Of a DNA stretch of 64,000 bases, positions 38,844-49,340 are shown piece by piece. The DNA is taken from positions 2,366 through 66,365 of the IMG/VR virus record IMGVR_UViG_3300028844_004205. One strand, given 5' to 3'. Under the pieces are notes generated by a model. The model was not told the DNA's origin, made no database searches, and was given only the letters and a program-made list of their open reading frames with translations. This DNA comes from a virus. How positions within the stretch are numbered: the stretch's first letter is position 1; each line of letters begins with the position of its first letter. The translations under genes were made by a program, and so were the position numbers.

Positions 38844-41246
38844 ATGAAAATTACCTTAAACCAAGAAAAGCACAGCCTTCGTTCAGAAACCATAAATGGC
38901 AACAACTACATCGTTTTATACCTGAAAGGTACTAAAACCCGCTATATACTAAAACAGCGCATCCCTACCAAAGAGATTTGTCGCTCTTTAGGCAAAGAAA
39001 TAATGAGCCTAGGCTCCATCGACACCAAACATTGGTTTCGTCAACGTGCAAACAAAGGAGTATAACATGACAATCTATAAAGCAAACTGCGAATCAACAA
39101 CAGCCTATGGTGAACCAACACTAATAGGCTTCACCGTAGAAGCAGAATCTAAACAAGAAGCCTTGGACAAACTTCAAGGCACAACCATATTGGTAGATGA
39201 AACATGCCCATTCACATTCACTACATTTAAACAAGAACATACCTTCGACAACAATTACTGCTACGGCATACAAGGGGAATAATCATGGAAAAAATAAGCG
39301 AATTACAAGTAATGCAAAGCGCAGCTGGCTACTACTTAGGTCATACCTACTATGACGAAGAAATGGAAGGCTGGTTTCCTTGGTCAAGAGAAACAGAGTA
39401 CATGACCAAAGAAGACGCTGTTAAAACACTGGAGGATAAATAACATGCTCACCAAAGACTTAATAGCTCTACTACAAGCTAAGCTTGATACAGATAAAGA
39501 ACACGAACATATAATGGGCGTCTCAACCATAGAGATAGACACATTCTCATGGAATAAAGACAAAGAAGCTTTTGACTATAGAGGCATCACTGGTGATGTC
39601 CGCATAACTAGAACACCAGATGGTGTATACGATGTACTAACCGCAATAGAGGATAAATAACATGAACATATTAAAACGCATAAAAAACGCATTCAAACCT
39701 GAATTGGTAGAGATTACTTACATAGAAAGAATATACCAAGAAATCCCAGACTACGCTGATGCATTAAAATCAACAGTAGTTATATCAAGAGGTGATTTAT
39801 CATTCTCAATAGCTTCACTAAGTGCAAGCAACGCGAAGATAATAACTATCAGAAATATATAACCATCCCCTACCTAAATACGGGGAGTTAATAACAGGAG
39901 TAATACCATGATTGAATCAGTCGTTGGAATAGCAGTAATCAGTACTGCTGCGGTAATTGTAATACTATCTAAGTCATTTGATATGCACAAAGTCTTAGGC
40001 TTTGAAATATGGATAGACTTAGTATTCACCATTATATTCCCTTTGCTGTTTGCTAACAGCACATTTGGTATGATGGTTGGTGTAACAACCGGACTAATAC
40101 TATCCTGTACATTACGCTTAATGCGTTACTGTATGGGATGCACTAAGATCGAGTTCCGTCAGGGCTCGTTTGTATGGGTATATTATGAACCTAACTAATG
40201 GGAGAAATAACACCATGAAAATGAAACAAATCACATATCTAGACCCTGCTACTCAGGTAACAGATCAAACAACCGTATTTATCGAAGATCTAGCAGGATA
40301 CGTAGAAGATCTCGTTGAACTCGGTAACATAGTACTATCCGTAAAGAATGTACAATCACCAACCATTCGCTACCCAAGTCCATTGTTCAAATATAGATAA
40401 AGGAGTAATACCATGCATACAGATATGTATCAAGAAATATTAACAGAGCGTTCTAAACTAATTAGCATGACTGTAGAGGAGGCTTTAATAATTGCTAATA
40501 CCCCAATAGTAGCAACCCCAGCAGATATACTGCCGGGATCAAATGCGGTTGTATGTTCAACTGCATTCTTCAAGAAACAATGCCATGCATTGAGACTACT
40601 AGAATTGAAATCTACATACCCATCACAAACGCACCATATACTTCATGCGGATGGAACAATAGAACCAATATATGACCTTAAAGACTTTAACTAAAGGAGG
40701 AACCTTTATTGAATTAATTTACGCGGACTCATAAAACTAGGAGCAAGTAAGATGTACAGCTTGCTAACAATAACGTACCAGAAGGGAGTATATTATGCCT
40801 TATAAAATAAAATCACTACACGCTGATGTAGCATATAACTTAGCAAAGAAACGCAACAGCATACTAGCGCACCTACCTAAGGAGGACTTTGATAAACTTT
40901 ACTGTAGTGTTAAAAACAAGGCTATGCCTATCAACAATGAACGGCACTAGCACTTGTGACTAATCAACACTATAAGGACAAAGACCGGAAAGAGCTAGAA
41001 GCACCTGAACTTGTAGATGAATTTGGCAATTCTAAAATGCACCTTGTTCATAAGGACTACTCAGATCCACTTTCTATAATTCTCATAGCCGAAGAGGAGG
41101 CACTCGAAAGAGACACAACAATCGAGATAGAGTTATCTCACAAATTTGAAATACATACCACTTTAACTAGGAGTACTAAATATCATGAATACAATTCTAA
41201 AGTTATTAACCTTATCAAGCGTAGCAAATTCATTTGTAGTAGCTGA
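38844..41246 (+). other. Cluster of small early hypothetical genes (38844..39065, 39066..39282, 39285..39443, 39445..39660, 39662..39862, 39908..40198 multi-TM, 40215..40400, 40413..40694, 40956..41246)
   Basis: Tightly packed co-oriented ORFs, most with a GGAG/GAGG RBS. 39285..39443 (QSAAGYYLG motif) is below the ORF-track cut-off. Confidence 0.65.
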
Positions 41247-41880
41247 AGGCGGCGGTAGCGCAAAAGCTATGGACGCTGAAACAGCTGTTATGAACGACGC
41301 TGATGCACTAAGTGCCGCAGAACCTGAAATAGAAATGGTTGATATTGCGCTTCCCGCAGACTTCGTTGCACATATGAAGGAAGAGTATAGCGCGGAACTA
41401 CACACACGTGTAATACGTGACCTATTCTGGGGAGCGATACATTACGACACCTCTTACTCAGATAACTTCGTACCTACATTCGAAGATGTATTTGATCTAA
41501 TGCCTGCTATATTCGTAGATATAGAAGGCGCCGTGTTTGATAGAGGTGCTGAACGCATCCAAACACCGATAGCTGGTGATTCTAACATACCTGCTAACGC
41601 AGACCGCAAGGGCTTACCTACTAACAAGTATAAAAACCTTTGTGATTCTGCTGAATCATTCTTACGTAACAATGCAAGTTATGCTTGGATGGTACGTGCA
41701 GGATGGCAATCACCACACAGTCGTGAAGATGTATACTTAGAACTAGCGACTGAACAACGTGAACGTAATGAGCAATTCGCATCTCAACGCCGCAAGCGCC
41801 AAGAAGCTGAAGAAAACGCGCGTAAAGAGAAACTTCTTTCGCGTAAAACAGCAGCTGCTAGCATTTCGGTCTCCGTTTAA
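41185..41880 (+). CDS. Hypothetical protein, probably highly expressed
   Basis: 231 aa, AGGAG RBS, followed by its own terminator. Confidence 0.7.
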   Translation: MNTILKLLTLSSVANSFVVAEGGGSAKAMDAETAVMNDADALSAAEPEIEMVDIALPADFVAHMKEEYSAELHTRVIRDLFWGAIHYDTSYSDNFVPTFEDVFDLMPAIFVDIEGAVFDRGAERIQTPIAGDSNIPANADRKGLPTNKYKNLCDSAESFLRNNASYAWMVRAGWQSPHSREDVYLELATEQRERNEQFASQRRKRQEAEENARKEKLLSRKTAAASISVSV

Positions 41881-41890
41881 CTCCCACCTT

Positions 41891-41930
41891 AGCTGACTTC
41901 TCAGATCCTTGAGGAGTCAGCTCTTTTTTT
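41891..41930 (+). terminator. Intrinsic terminator
   Basis: AGCTGACTTCTCA-GATCCT-TGAGGAGTCAGCT followed by CTTTTTTT. Confidence 0.9.
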
Positions 41931-42079
41931 AAATCCCTTCAAAAACTTCCCTGAAACCAGGCCTGCGGCGCTAACCCCGGGGGCTTCGTGGGAGTCGTGG
42001 GAGTAAAGGAGAACACCATGATATTAGCATTAGCCATAATAATAACTGTTGTCTGGTTTTTAGTAGTAAAAATAGAGTA

Positions 42080-42500
42080 AATGGTCATTATTACGACTTT
42101 GAAATGGCAATTACGACTTTGTAATTGTTATTTAGTATACACATCAATAGCTTACATCAATTATTACGTTATTACCAAATATTTCAATATTAAAAAACTT
42201 TCCCCCCCACAATTTATAGATAAACCCTTATTCTCTTATATATACTTTTTTAAAAAAGCGTAATAAACCGTAATAGTTGGATAAGTTGTTGTCTTTGTTG
42301 AAATATTATCGTAATAAAACCGTAACAAGGTCGTAATAATATTACGATTATCAGCTGTAAGTCATTGATATTTTTTTACCCTATTTTCTTTAAAGATTAT
42401 AGATAATTTTTAAAAGGTCAGTGAACACTAACTTTGTTGCACTGCACCATGCCCCCGGACCCCGGAAAACGCCTCTAAGTCATTGATTCTGTCTCTGATG
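42080..42500. other. Putative replication origin region
   Basis: AT-rich non-coding stretch with ATTACG copies on the left, CGTAAT copies on the right, and TAAGTCATTGAT twice. Confidence 0.5.
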
Positions 42501-42538
42501 AGAACAAATATCCTCGGACCTTGGGCCTCGGACCCCGA

Positions 42539-42567
42539 TTCTCAAAAATGTAAACATTTTCTATAAT
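42539..42567 (+). promoter_or_regulatory. Possible sigma70 promoter with palindromic spacer
   Basis: TTCTCA-N17-TATAAT. The spacer contains AAAATG-TAAA-CATTTT. Confidence 0.4.
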
Positions 42568-42732
42568 TCGCGAGCGCAAGCGCTTGTTTTTCTTACACAT
42601 CTATAATTTACCTAATTTATAGGAGCATAATGGACAGATACAATCCAGATTATTATTGCCAAGAGCATAAGAGAGACTTTAAGCCTGATGAGTGTATTTC
42701 ATGCGAAATATCCAAAGACTTGATAGATAAAG

Positions 42733-43343
42733 ATGATGAAATCAAACGACTGCGAGAGGCGTTGGAGGATATTAAAAAGCATCAAGAAATAGCGTCAGGC
42801 ACATTGTCCAGTCTGTCGGCAACATACCTTATCGCCAGTAAAGCATTGGAGGTGAAGTCATGAAAGGTAAAGAACTCGCCATAAAAGTTGCTGAGAAGTT
42901 GGGCGATGGGTACAAATATCTTGACGATGATGACATAGGATATATGTACCACAAAGACAGGGATGATGATTTAGATATTGATAAATACCTACACGCCAAA
43001 GCCGCAGAGATTTTGTTTAGCGAAGGTACGGCGGAGAAGATAAGATGGCAGGTTGAATATAATTATTATCATCATGATGGTGATCCATTTATCTATTGGT
43101 TCGATACATTAACACCACAAAAGATAATAACTACTTACTTAGAAATGGAGGGTGAGTGATGAGTGATGAATGTAATTGTGATTGCTGCAAGATATACAGG
43201 AAAGAACTAACCGCAGCCAATGATGAAATCAAACGACTGCGAGAAGCTTTGGAGGATATTAAAAAGCATCAAGAAATAGCGTCAGGCACATTGTCCAGTC
43301 TGTCGGCAACATACCTTATCGCCAGTAAAGCATTGGAGGTGAA
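42733..43343 (+). repeat. 124-bp direct repeat (42733-42856 and 43220-43343)
   Basis: Two synonymous mismatches. Both copies encode DEIKRLREALEDIKKHQEIASGTLSSLSATYLIASKALEV. Confidence 0.95.
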
Positions 43344-43646
43344 AAAATGAGCACTGACAAAGATACAATTATAGAATTGAGAAGAAGAATAGATTACCTT
43401 ATAAAAGAAATAGATGATCTTAGATTTACTTGTAGAGAGCAAGCGAATGAATTAACTAGGTTGAAAGTTGGATATAAATCAGTCATCTACATTAAGGCAA
43501 AAAGATTTGTGCACTGGATATTGCTTTGGATGAATGGTTGGAGGTGAAGGATGATTGAATTACTTACAAATAAGCAAGGAGAAGATACAATGAAAATACG
43601 ATTAACTCTTGAAGAGATAGATAACATAATAGGTAAAAAATTACGA

Positions 43647-43789
43647 AAAGAAGCAAAGCAAGCTATACGAGAATATAAAAGTAAAAATATGTACGGGCTA
43701 AATAAAAAACAATTGAAAGAAGCAAAGCAAGCTATACGAGAATATAAAAGTAAAAATATGTACGGGCTAAATAAAAAACAATTGAAAGA
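43647..43789 (+). repeat. Perfect 69-bp tandem duplication
   Basis: KEAKQAIREYKSKNMYGLNKKQL twice, identical at DNA level. Confidence 0.95.
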
Positions 43790-44970
43790 GCTCTTATTTC
43801 AACTGCTAACTATTATAACGCACCTAATAAATGGCTGGAATTCAAATGCAAAAAGAAAGAATCATAGAAATTGGTGACAGAATAATACCACCTTGTTCTT
43901 ATTTCGGGCCTTCAACTGCGCCCGAAGCAGAAAAGACTTGCTGGTTTGTAAAAAATACACCTTACAAAGTAACTCAATCAACCAATATTAGACGTCAAAG
44001 CACTACCATAATATGTGAGGACGGCATAAAAAGAGTATTCCTACCTGTAAAAGGTGGAATGACTACAAATAACAGACCTTGGACAATAATCCCTAAGCAC
44101 CATTTTGGAGAATAGCAATGAGCGATAAAATAGACGCCGACAAAATAGACGCCGACAAAAGAAGAACAATTGTAATGTGCGCGGTAACAGGAAAAAATAT
44201 ATCCGCGGCTTTTACTTGGGAGAAAACCAAAGAAGGTCATATTTACTGGTCTGAAAGAGCAAATAACCCTTCTCTACTAACCTTTGAAGACAGAGCTAGA
44301 ATACTAAGCTTTAAGGATGGACAAACAGATGAGAGAGTATGAAAGAACCTATATAAGTAAAGATTTTACAAAAGCAGAAATGAGACAGGAATTAGTAAAC
44401 GCAGCTCTCGGCGATAAAACTGCTTTGCAAAGATCCTTTAAATGGGGTGCTACTTCTGAAGGAAATGACTATTGGATGACAATATACGAAGGAATTATAC
44501 CATTATCGCCTGAAAAAACCGCTAAAATACTGAGTTTCTTAGCTTTTGAGCAGGGTGAGTAATGGACTGGCAGATAGGAGATATGGCCATCTGGATATCC
44601 AGAGGCTGGTTAGTACAAATAGACTCCACTGTACAAAAACTATCATGCCAAGAGCATCACTACTACCCATGCCCTTTCCATAAAGTTAAAACCTTTATGG
44701 GTAATGAAGGATTAGGTGTTTACGCACATGTAAACGACCTTAAACCAATTGAAGGAGATGACATAGAAGTGAAAGAAGAATTTAAACTAGGACAACCCTT
44801 GGAGAAATTGTTATGAAAAGGCGTCGTTTTAGTGAAGGCTGGTGCTCAGTAGCACAAGGCTTAAACAGCTGGATAATTATCCCAAAAAAACATTTTTTAG
44901 ATTAGAATAGAACTTTTAACTAAATAAGTTCTCAACTTATATCCCCTACGTAATAAAAAGAGAAACTAAA

Positions 44971-47304
44971 TTGGAACTATCCTTCCTGAAAGCAGAAGTA
45001 CCTCTCACCAAAACATACCGCCTTGTAAAAAATGAATTAATCAAAGAACCATACCCTCATGTAAAAAACTTCTCTTCCATGTCCGTAGAAGTAGAGTCCC
45101 TTGAGGAAATGTATGACTTAGTTAAGTCGCACGCAGAACAAAATAATTGTCTCCTAAAAGGAGTCATACGTGGGGAAAGACTGGACAACGAACCACGGGC
45201 CGGGAAAACCGATTCAATTGCACCCACACAATGGATATGCCTTGACATAGACGGCCTTCCCGGTATAACTAACCCAGATAGCTTACTCGCAGAGATACCT
45301 TGCTTAAAAGACGTCTCATACATATCACAAGCCTCATCATCAATGGGCGTGGAGCCCGAAAAAGGACTCTCTTATCATTTGTTCTTAATGCTTGACAGAG
45401 GACATTCACCACAGGAGTTAAAAGAATGGTTAATGCATCTAAATATGACGGTACCGCTGTTATACTCCAATATCCACTTAAACGCCGCAAAGACTACATT
45501 GAAGTGGCCACTGGACATATCTACGTGCCAAAACGACAAATTGCTTTACATAGCTCCCCCCATATTAGTGGGCAAAGTAAAAGACCACTATGACGGAGAC
45601 AGAATTACACTTATCCAAAAGAATAAAAGCACAGCGGTCATACCTTCGTTTTCTTTTGACACAACTGGATCACTCAAGCTCTTTAACAGATTCCGTGCAG
45701 AAGCAGATCTGCCTCAACGTCGTAAAAGCTCAACGCGGCTTGTGTCGGGATTTGAAATACTCAATAATGCTGGAACAGCACAAGTTACAGATATTAGAGA
45801 AGACAGAGGCTTTGTTTACCTAAACCTAAACGGAGGAGATTCATTTGGATACTATCACCCAGCAGACAATAAAGAAGTACTATTTAATTTCAAAGGTGAG
45901 CCTAATTATTCTATTAAAGAGTTACTACCAGAATATTATAAGGGCGAAGAAGAGGCTAAAGAGGCCAAGGGTATTCACTACCTCTCCCTAATTGATAAGA
46001 AAACCGACGCATATTATAAAGGAGCATACAACTATGATACCGAATCACTTGAGCTTAACCAGACATCTTCACTCAGAAAACTTATCGACTATCTTAAACA
46101 ACACGGACAACCTTCCCCCGATTTTATCCCCGAGTGGAATATCGGATACGATTTCGAATCAGATAAAGTCTTCGACCCAGAAAACAAATGGATCAATCGT
46201 TACCAAAAGTCGATCTATCTACGTAGGCCTAAAGAGGGATCATGGGAAATAATTAAACAGGTTATTGACCATGTCCTTGGATACAATCCGGAAGTAATAG
46301 AGTACTTCTTAAACTGGCTAGCAGTCATAATACAACAACGCAAAATGACTGGTACTGCATGGATATTACACGGAACGCAGGGCACGGGCAAAGGAGTTTT
46401 ATTCAATCAAATACTCTCACCTATCATAGGACATGACTACGTTAACCGTTGCCATCTCACTAGTTTCGAGGGAGAATTTAATTCATTCATAGAATCTAGC
46501 TTACTAGTATTAGTAGACGAGGTGCAAATCAGTGAACTTCACAAACGCTCAATGGCAATGTCACGGATTAAACAATATATCGTCGAGCCTGAGATCCCTA
46601 TTAGAAGAATGTATTGCAACCCGTACATCATACGAAACACCTGTAACTACATATTTGCTTCAAACAAACACGACCCAGTGGAAATTGACCCTGAGGATCG
46701 AAGGTTCAATGTTGCTCTACGCCAGAATATCCCTTTACTCAAAGCCGTCCCGGTATCAAGCATTAAAGCTATTCCTAGCGAGCTTGCCGCTTTCGCGTTT
46801 TATCTTCTCAATAGACCAGCTAACAGACATCTCGCTGCTACCCCCATGGACACGTATGAAAGGACCCGTTTACAAGAACTTACGCGCGATGTCAATGAGT
46901 CAATACTTGACCATCTTATCTCCGGAAACTTGCAATTCTTCGTCGACAACAAACCCGATTCAGAATCCGACATGAAAATGGAATTAGAATTAGCATCAGG
47001 TATGCGTAAAACACTATCCTATGATGCTATTATAGATGAAGCGTTCGCCACTAAAGGAGAACCTTCAAACATACCTCGTAATCATCTAGAAGTTATATAC
47101 TACTATATTTCTGGTATTAGTTTTAAAACTAGACACAAGTTTACTAAATTCTTAAATTATAAAGGACTAGATATTAAATCTATATCCTATGGCGGTAACA
47201 CCGTCAAAGGGATTCATAACGTGGAGTGGAAGATAACTCCAGAACTAGAAGAACGCTGGGAAGAACATAAAAAGGTGAAAAACAATGTCGATACAGTGCC
47301 CTGA
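44971..47304 (+). CDS. DNA primase / SF3 (D5-type, DUF5906-like) helicase fusion
   Basis: N-terminal CLDID and SYHLF primase-like motifs, Walker A GTQGTGKG, Walker B VLVDE, FASN, EDRRF. TTG start. Confidence 0.85.
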   Translation: MELSFLKAEVPLTKTYRLVKNELIKEPYPHVKNFSSMSVEVESLEEMYDLVKSHAEQNNCLLKGVIRGERLDNEPRAGKTDSIAPTQWICLDIDGLPGITNPDSLLAEIPCLKDVSYISQASSSMGVEPEKGLSYHLFLMLDRGHSPQELKEWLMHLNMTVPLLYSNIHLNAAKTTLKWPLDISTCQNDKLLYIAPPILVGKVKDHYDGDRITLIQKNKSTAVIPSFSFDTTGSLKLFNRFRAEADLPQRRKSSTRLVSGFEILNNAGTAQVTDIREDRGFVYLNLNGGDSFGYYHPADNKEVLFNFKGEPNYSIKELLPEYYKGEEEAKEAKGIHYLSLIDKKTDAYYKGAYNYDTESLELNQTSSLRKLIDYLKQHGQPSPDFIPEWNIGYDFESDKVFDPENKWINRYQKSIYLRRPKEGSWEIIKQVIDHVLGYNPEVIEYFLNWLAVIIQQRKMTGTAWILHGTQGTGKGVLFNQILSPIIGHDYVNRCHLTSFEGEFNSFIESSLLVLVDEVQISELHKRSMAMSRIKQYIVEPEIPIRRMYCNPYIIRNTCNYIFASNKHDPVEIDPEDRRFNVALRQNIPLLKAVPVSSIKAIPSELAAFAFYLLNRPANRHLAATPMDTYERTRLQELTRDVNESILDHLISGNLQFFVDNKPDSESDMKMELELASGMRKTLSYDAIIDEAFATKGEPSNIPRNHLEVIYYYISGISFKTRHKFTKFLNYKGLDIKSISYGGNTVKGIHNVEWKITPELEERWEEHKKVKNNVDTVP

Positions 47305-47557
47305 TATTAGCGCAAGAAAATATAAAATACATGTACCAAACAAATCGCTACAAACTGCTGTACAGCAAAAACTATTTTCACTAGAATATACTTGGTGGTC
47401 TGGAATATCCCCAAAACCAACAGAACCAGCAGAGTTTTTATTTATATACACTGAAGATAAAGTCATAACTTGGGGAAGCGCAAAAGTTTATTTTATGCAA
47501 GTAGACGTACGAGAAATTTCTTTAGAAAAGCTGTTCGCAGCGAAATACTTAAATTAG
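47285..47557 (+). CDS. Hypothetical protein
   Basis: AAGGTG upstream, VQQKLFSLEYTWWSG motif. Confidence 0.55.
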   Translation: MSIQCPDISARKYKIHVPNKSLQTAVQQKLFSLEYTWWSGISPKPTEPAEFLFIYTEDKVITWGSAKVYFMQVDVREISLEKLFAAKYLN

Positions 47558-47704
47558 ACTGAACCCTCCGCTCCTCATACTTCGATAATAATGTGAATTT
47601 TGGGCGCTATCAAACGTCCTTTTCTTTTTAAGCTATCTCACAATAGTATTGATGTTTATTTTCAAAATTAACTGAGGAGCGGAGATTTTAACAGGGAGAA
47701 AAAA

Positions 47705-47956
47705 GTGAAAGATTACATAATACGCACAACTCAACTCGATGATGCAACTCATGAGGCGATATTAGATAAACTTCAACAAGTAGGGTTTCATCATTATAAT
47801 TGGGAAGCATTAAAACAAAATAAACAAGGGCATATTAGGATAATAATAGGTGATTCACCTAGACAATCTTTTCTTCAAAAATACCATAGAAAATCTTCAT
47901 GGTTGAGAAGCACACCTATAACAGTAGGTGAAATATTTCACTTGACATCTATATAA
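47705..47956 (+). CDS. Hypothetical protein
   Basis: GGGAG RBS, GTG start. Confidence 0.5.
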   Translation: MKDYIIRTTQLDDATHEAILDKLQQVGFHHYNWEALKQNKQGHIRIIIGDSPRQSFLQKYHRKSSWLRSTPITVGEIFHLTSI

Positions 47957-47969
47957 AATACTATATATT
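47942..47969 (+). promoter_or_regulatory. Possible sigma70 promoter
   Basis: TTGACA-N16-TATATT upstream of the exonuclease gene. Confidence 0.45.
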
Positions 47970-48003
47970 CATGGAAAAATATAAATAAATAAAGGATTAT
48001 TTA

Positions 48004-48717
48004 ATGATTATACAAGCAGGAAGTTTTTCTCGCCTAGATGTATTCGAAAGTTGTAAATACCGTGCTAAATTAGCATTTGTAGATAAAGAAAAAGAACCCC
48101 CTCGTGCCAAACTACCAGAAGGTGGAGAATATCCTGATGAACGCGGATCGCGGATACATGACGAATGCGAACAGTTCGTATTAGGCGAAGGTGAATTCAC
48201 CGAAGGTATGCGTCATTTTAAACCAGAATTCAATAAATTACGTCAAGAGTGCAAAGATGGCAAAGTCGTTGTTGAAAATATGTGGTGTTACAAAGACGAT
48301 TGGACATACTTTAGTCCTCACGTATTTTGGGATCCCGATATTAGATTTAGAATTAAAACAGATGCAACAGTATTTACTTCAGATACTTCAGCCCTTATTA
48401 TCGATTACAAAACAGGGAAACGTTATAATAACGAAGTAAAACACGGAGAACAATTAGAGTTATACGTGGCTGGTGCATTTTTAACCTATGACCAATTAGA
48501 AAAAGCAACTGCTGAACTATGGTATTTAGATCAAAATGAATTAGTAGATTTATCTTTATCTCGCAAAGAAGCTTTTAAAATACTAAGAAAATGGAAAGAT
48601 AGAAACGAAACTATGTTAAATGCAACAGAATTTCCTCCTAACCCTAACGTATATACCTGTAAATGGTGCCCATTCGGTCCAGCTAAAGGCGGGCAGTGTA
48701 CGGTAGGTGTTCAATAG
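48004..48717 (+). CDS. PD-(D/E)XK exonuclease (Cas4/RecB-like)
   Basis: SFSRLDVFESC, RGSRIH, KTD..IIDYKTG, QLELY, CKWCPF...C. Confidence 0.9.
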   Translation: MIIQAGSFSRLDVFESCKYRAKLAFVDKEKEPPRAKLPEGGEYPDERGSRIHDECEQFVLGEGEFTEGMRHFKPEFNKLRQECKDGKVVVENMWCYKDDWTYFSPHVFWDPDIRFRIKTDATVFTSDTSALIIDYKTGKRYNNEVKHGEQLELYVAGAFLTYDQLEKATAELWYLDQNELVDLSLSRKEAFKILRKWKDRNETMLNATEFPPNPNVYTCKWCPFGPAKGGQCTVGVQ

Positions 48718-48741
48718 GGGCAACATACAAAATAAAAACAT

Positions 48742-49086
48742 ATGAGGATGGCGAATATGACAAAACAGATTGTGGATGCTGAAGCAGAAATAGATAAGTT
48801 CCTAGAAAATTCAAAGTTTAAAGATCTCATAAAGATGAAGATTGAGAACGCTGAACAACTAGCTACAACTATAAACACTTACACAGAAAATATACTTCAA
48901 ATTACAATGAATCAAGAAGTACCAAAAGATTTAATGAACCGCTTATCTTTTGCTGAAACTTTTATATCAAGTATATGTGATATTATAAAAATAGAATGTA
49001 CTATATCCGAAGATTTTTCAGACAAACTAAACACTTTAATTGAAGAGAAACTTAGAACTAAACTAAGAGATTCTCTCAGCCCGTAG
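48742..49086 (+). CDS. Hypothetical helical protein
   Basis: Co-oriented ORF, probable start at MTKQ. Confidence 0.5.
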   Translation: MRMANMTKQIVDAEAEIDKFLENSKFKDLIKMKIENAEQLATTINTYTENILQITMNQEVPKDLMNRLSFAETFISSICDIIKIECTISEDFSDKLNTLIEEKLRTKLRDSLSP

Positions 49087-49094
49087 GAGGAAAT

Positions 49095-49340
49095 ATGCAT
49101 TACGCTATAATAGCTAAACTAGAACATTGGGACGAAGTAGAAACTTATTTTTTAAAAGCTACAACTCCAGAAGTAGCAGCAACTAAATTTAAAGAACAGA
49201 TATTTAACCAATGTAGAGACGAGAACGATGCATCTGGAGATATTTATATAGATAGCATAGTTATATCTGCAGTACCTATGCAGGAAATACCTTATAATGG
49301 TTGCTTTAATAATATACATTATCGAGATGAAAACGAATGA
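49095..49340 (+). CDS. Hypothetical protein
   Basis: AGGAGG RBS. Confidence 0.6.
   Translation: MHYAIIAKLEHWDEVETYFLKATTPEVAATKFKEQIFNQCRDENDASGDIYIDSIVISAVPMQEIPYNGCFNNIHYRDENE

Larger units (their letters stand above)
42630..44816 (+). other. Second cluster of small hypothetical genes (42630..42863, 42860..43159, 43156..43350, 43347..43547, 43551..43877, 43831..44115, 44118..44342, 44317..44562, 44562..44816)
   Basis: Coupled ORFs with overlapping or adjacent stops and starts and RBS motifs. Confidence 0.65.

Noticed and set aside
42081-42263. 60-aa ORF in the repeat-rich gap
   Set aside because: No RBS. It coincides with iteron-like repeats and is better explained as non-coding.
42733-43789. 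CRISPR-like or attachment-site interpretation of the direct repeats
   Set aside because: Only two copies each, in-frame and protein-coding, with no spacers and no integrase.
48004-48717. CRISPR-associated Cas4
   Set aside because: No other cas genes or repeat-spacer array. Stand-alone Cas4-like nucleases are common in phage replication modules.
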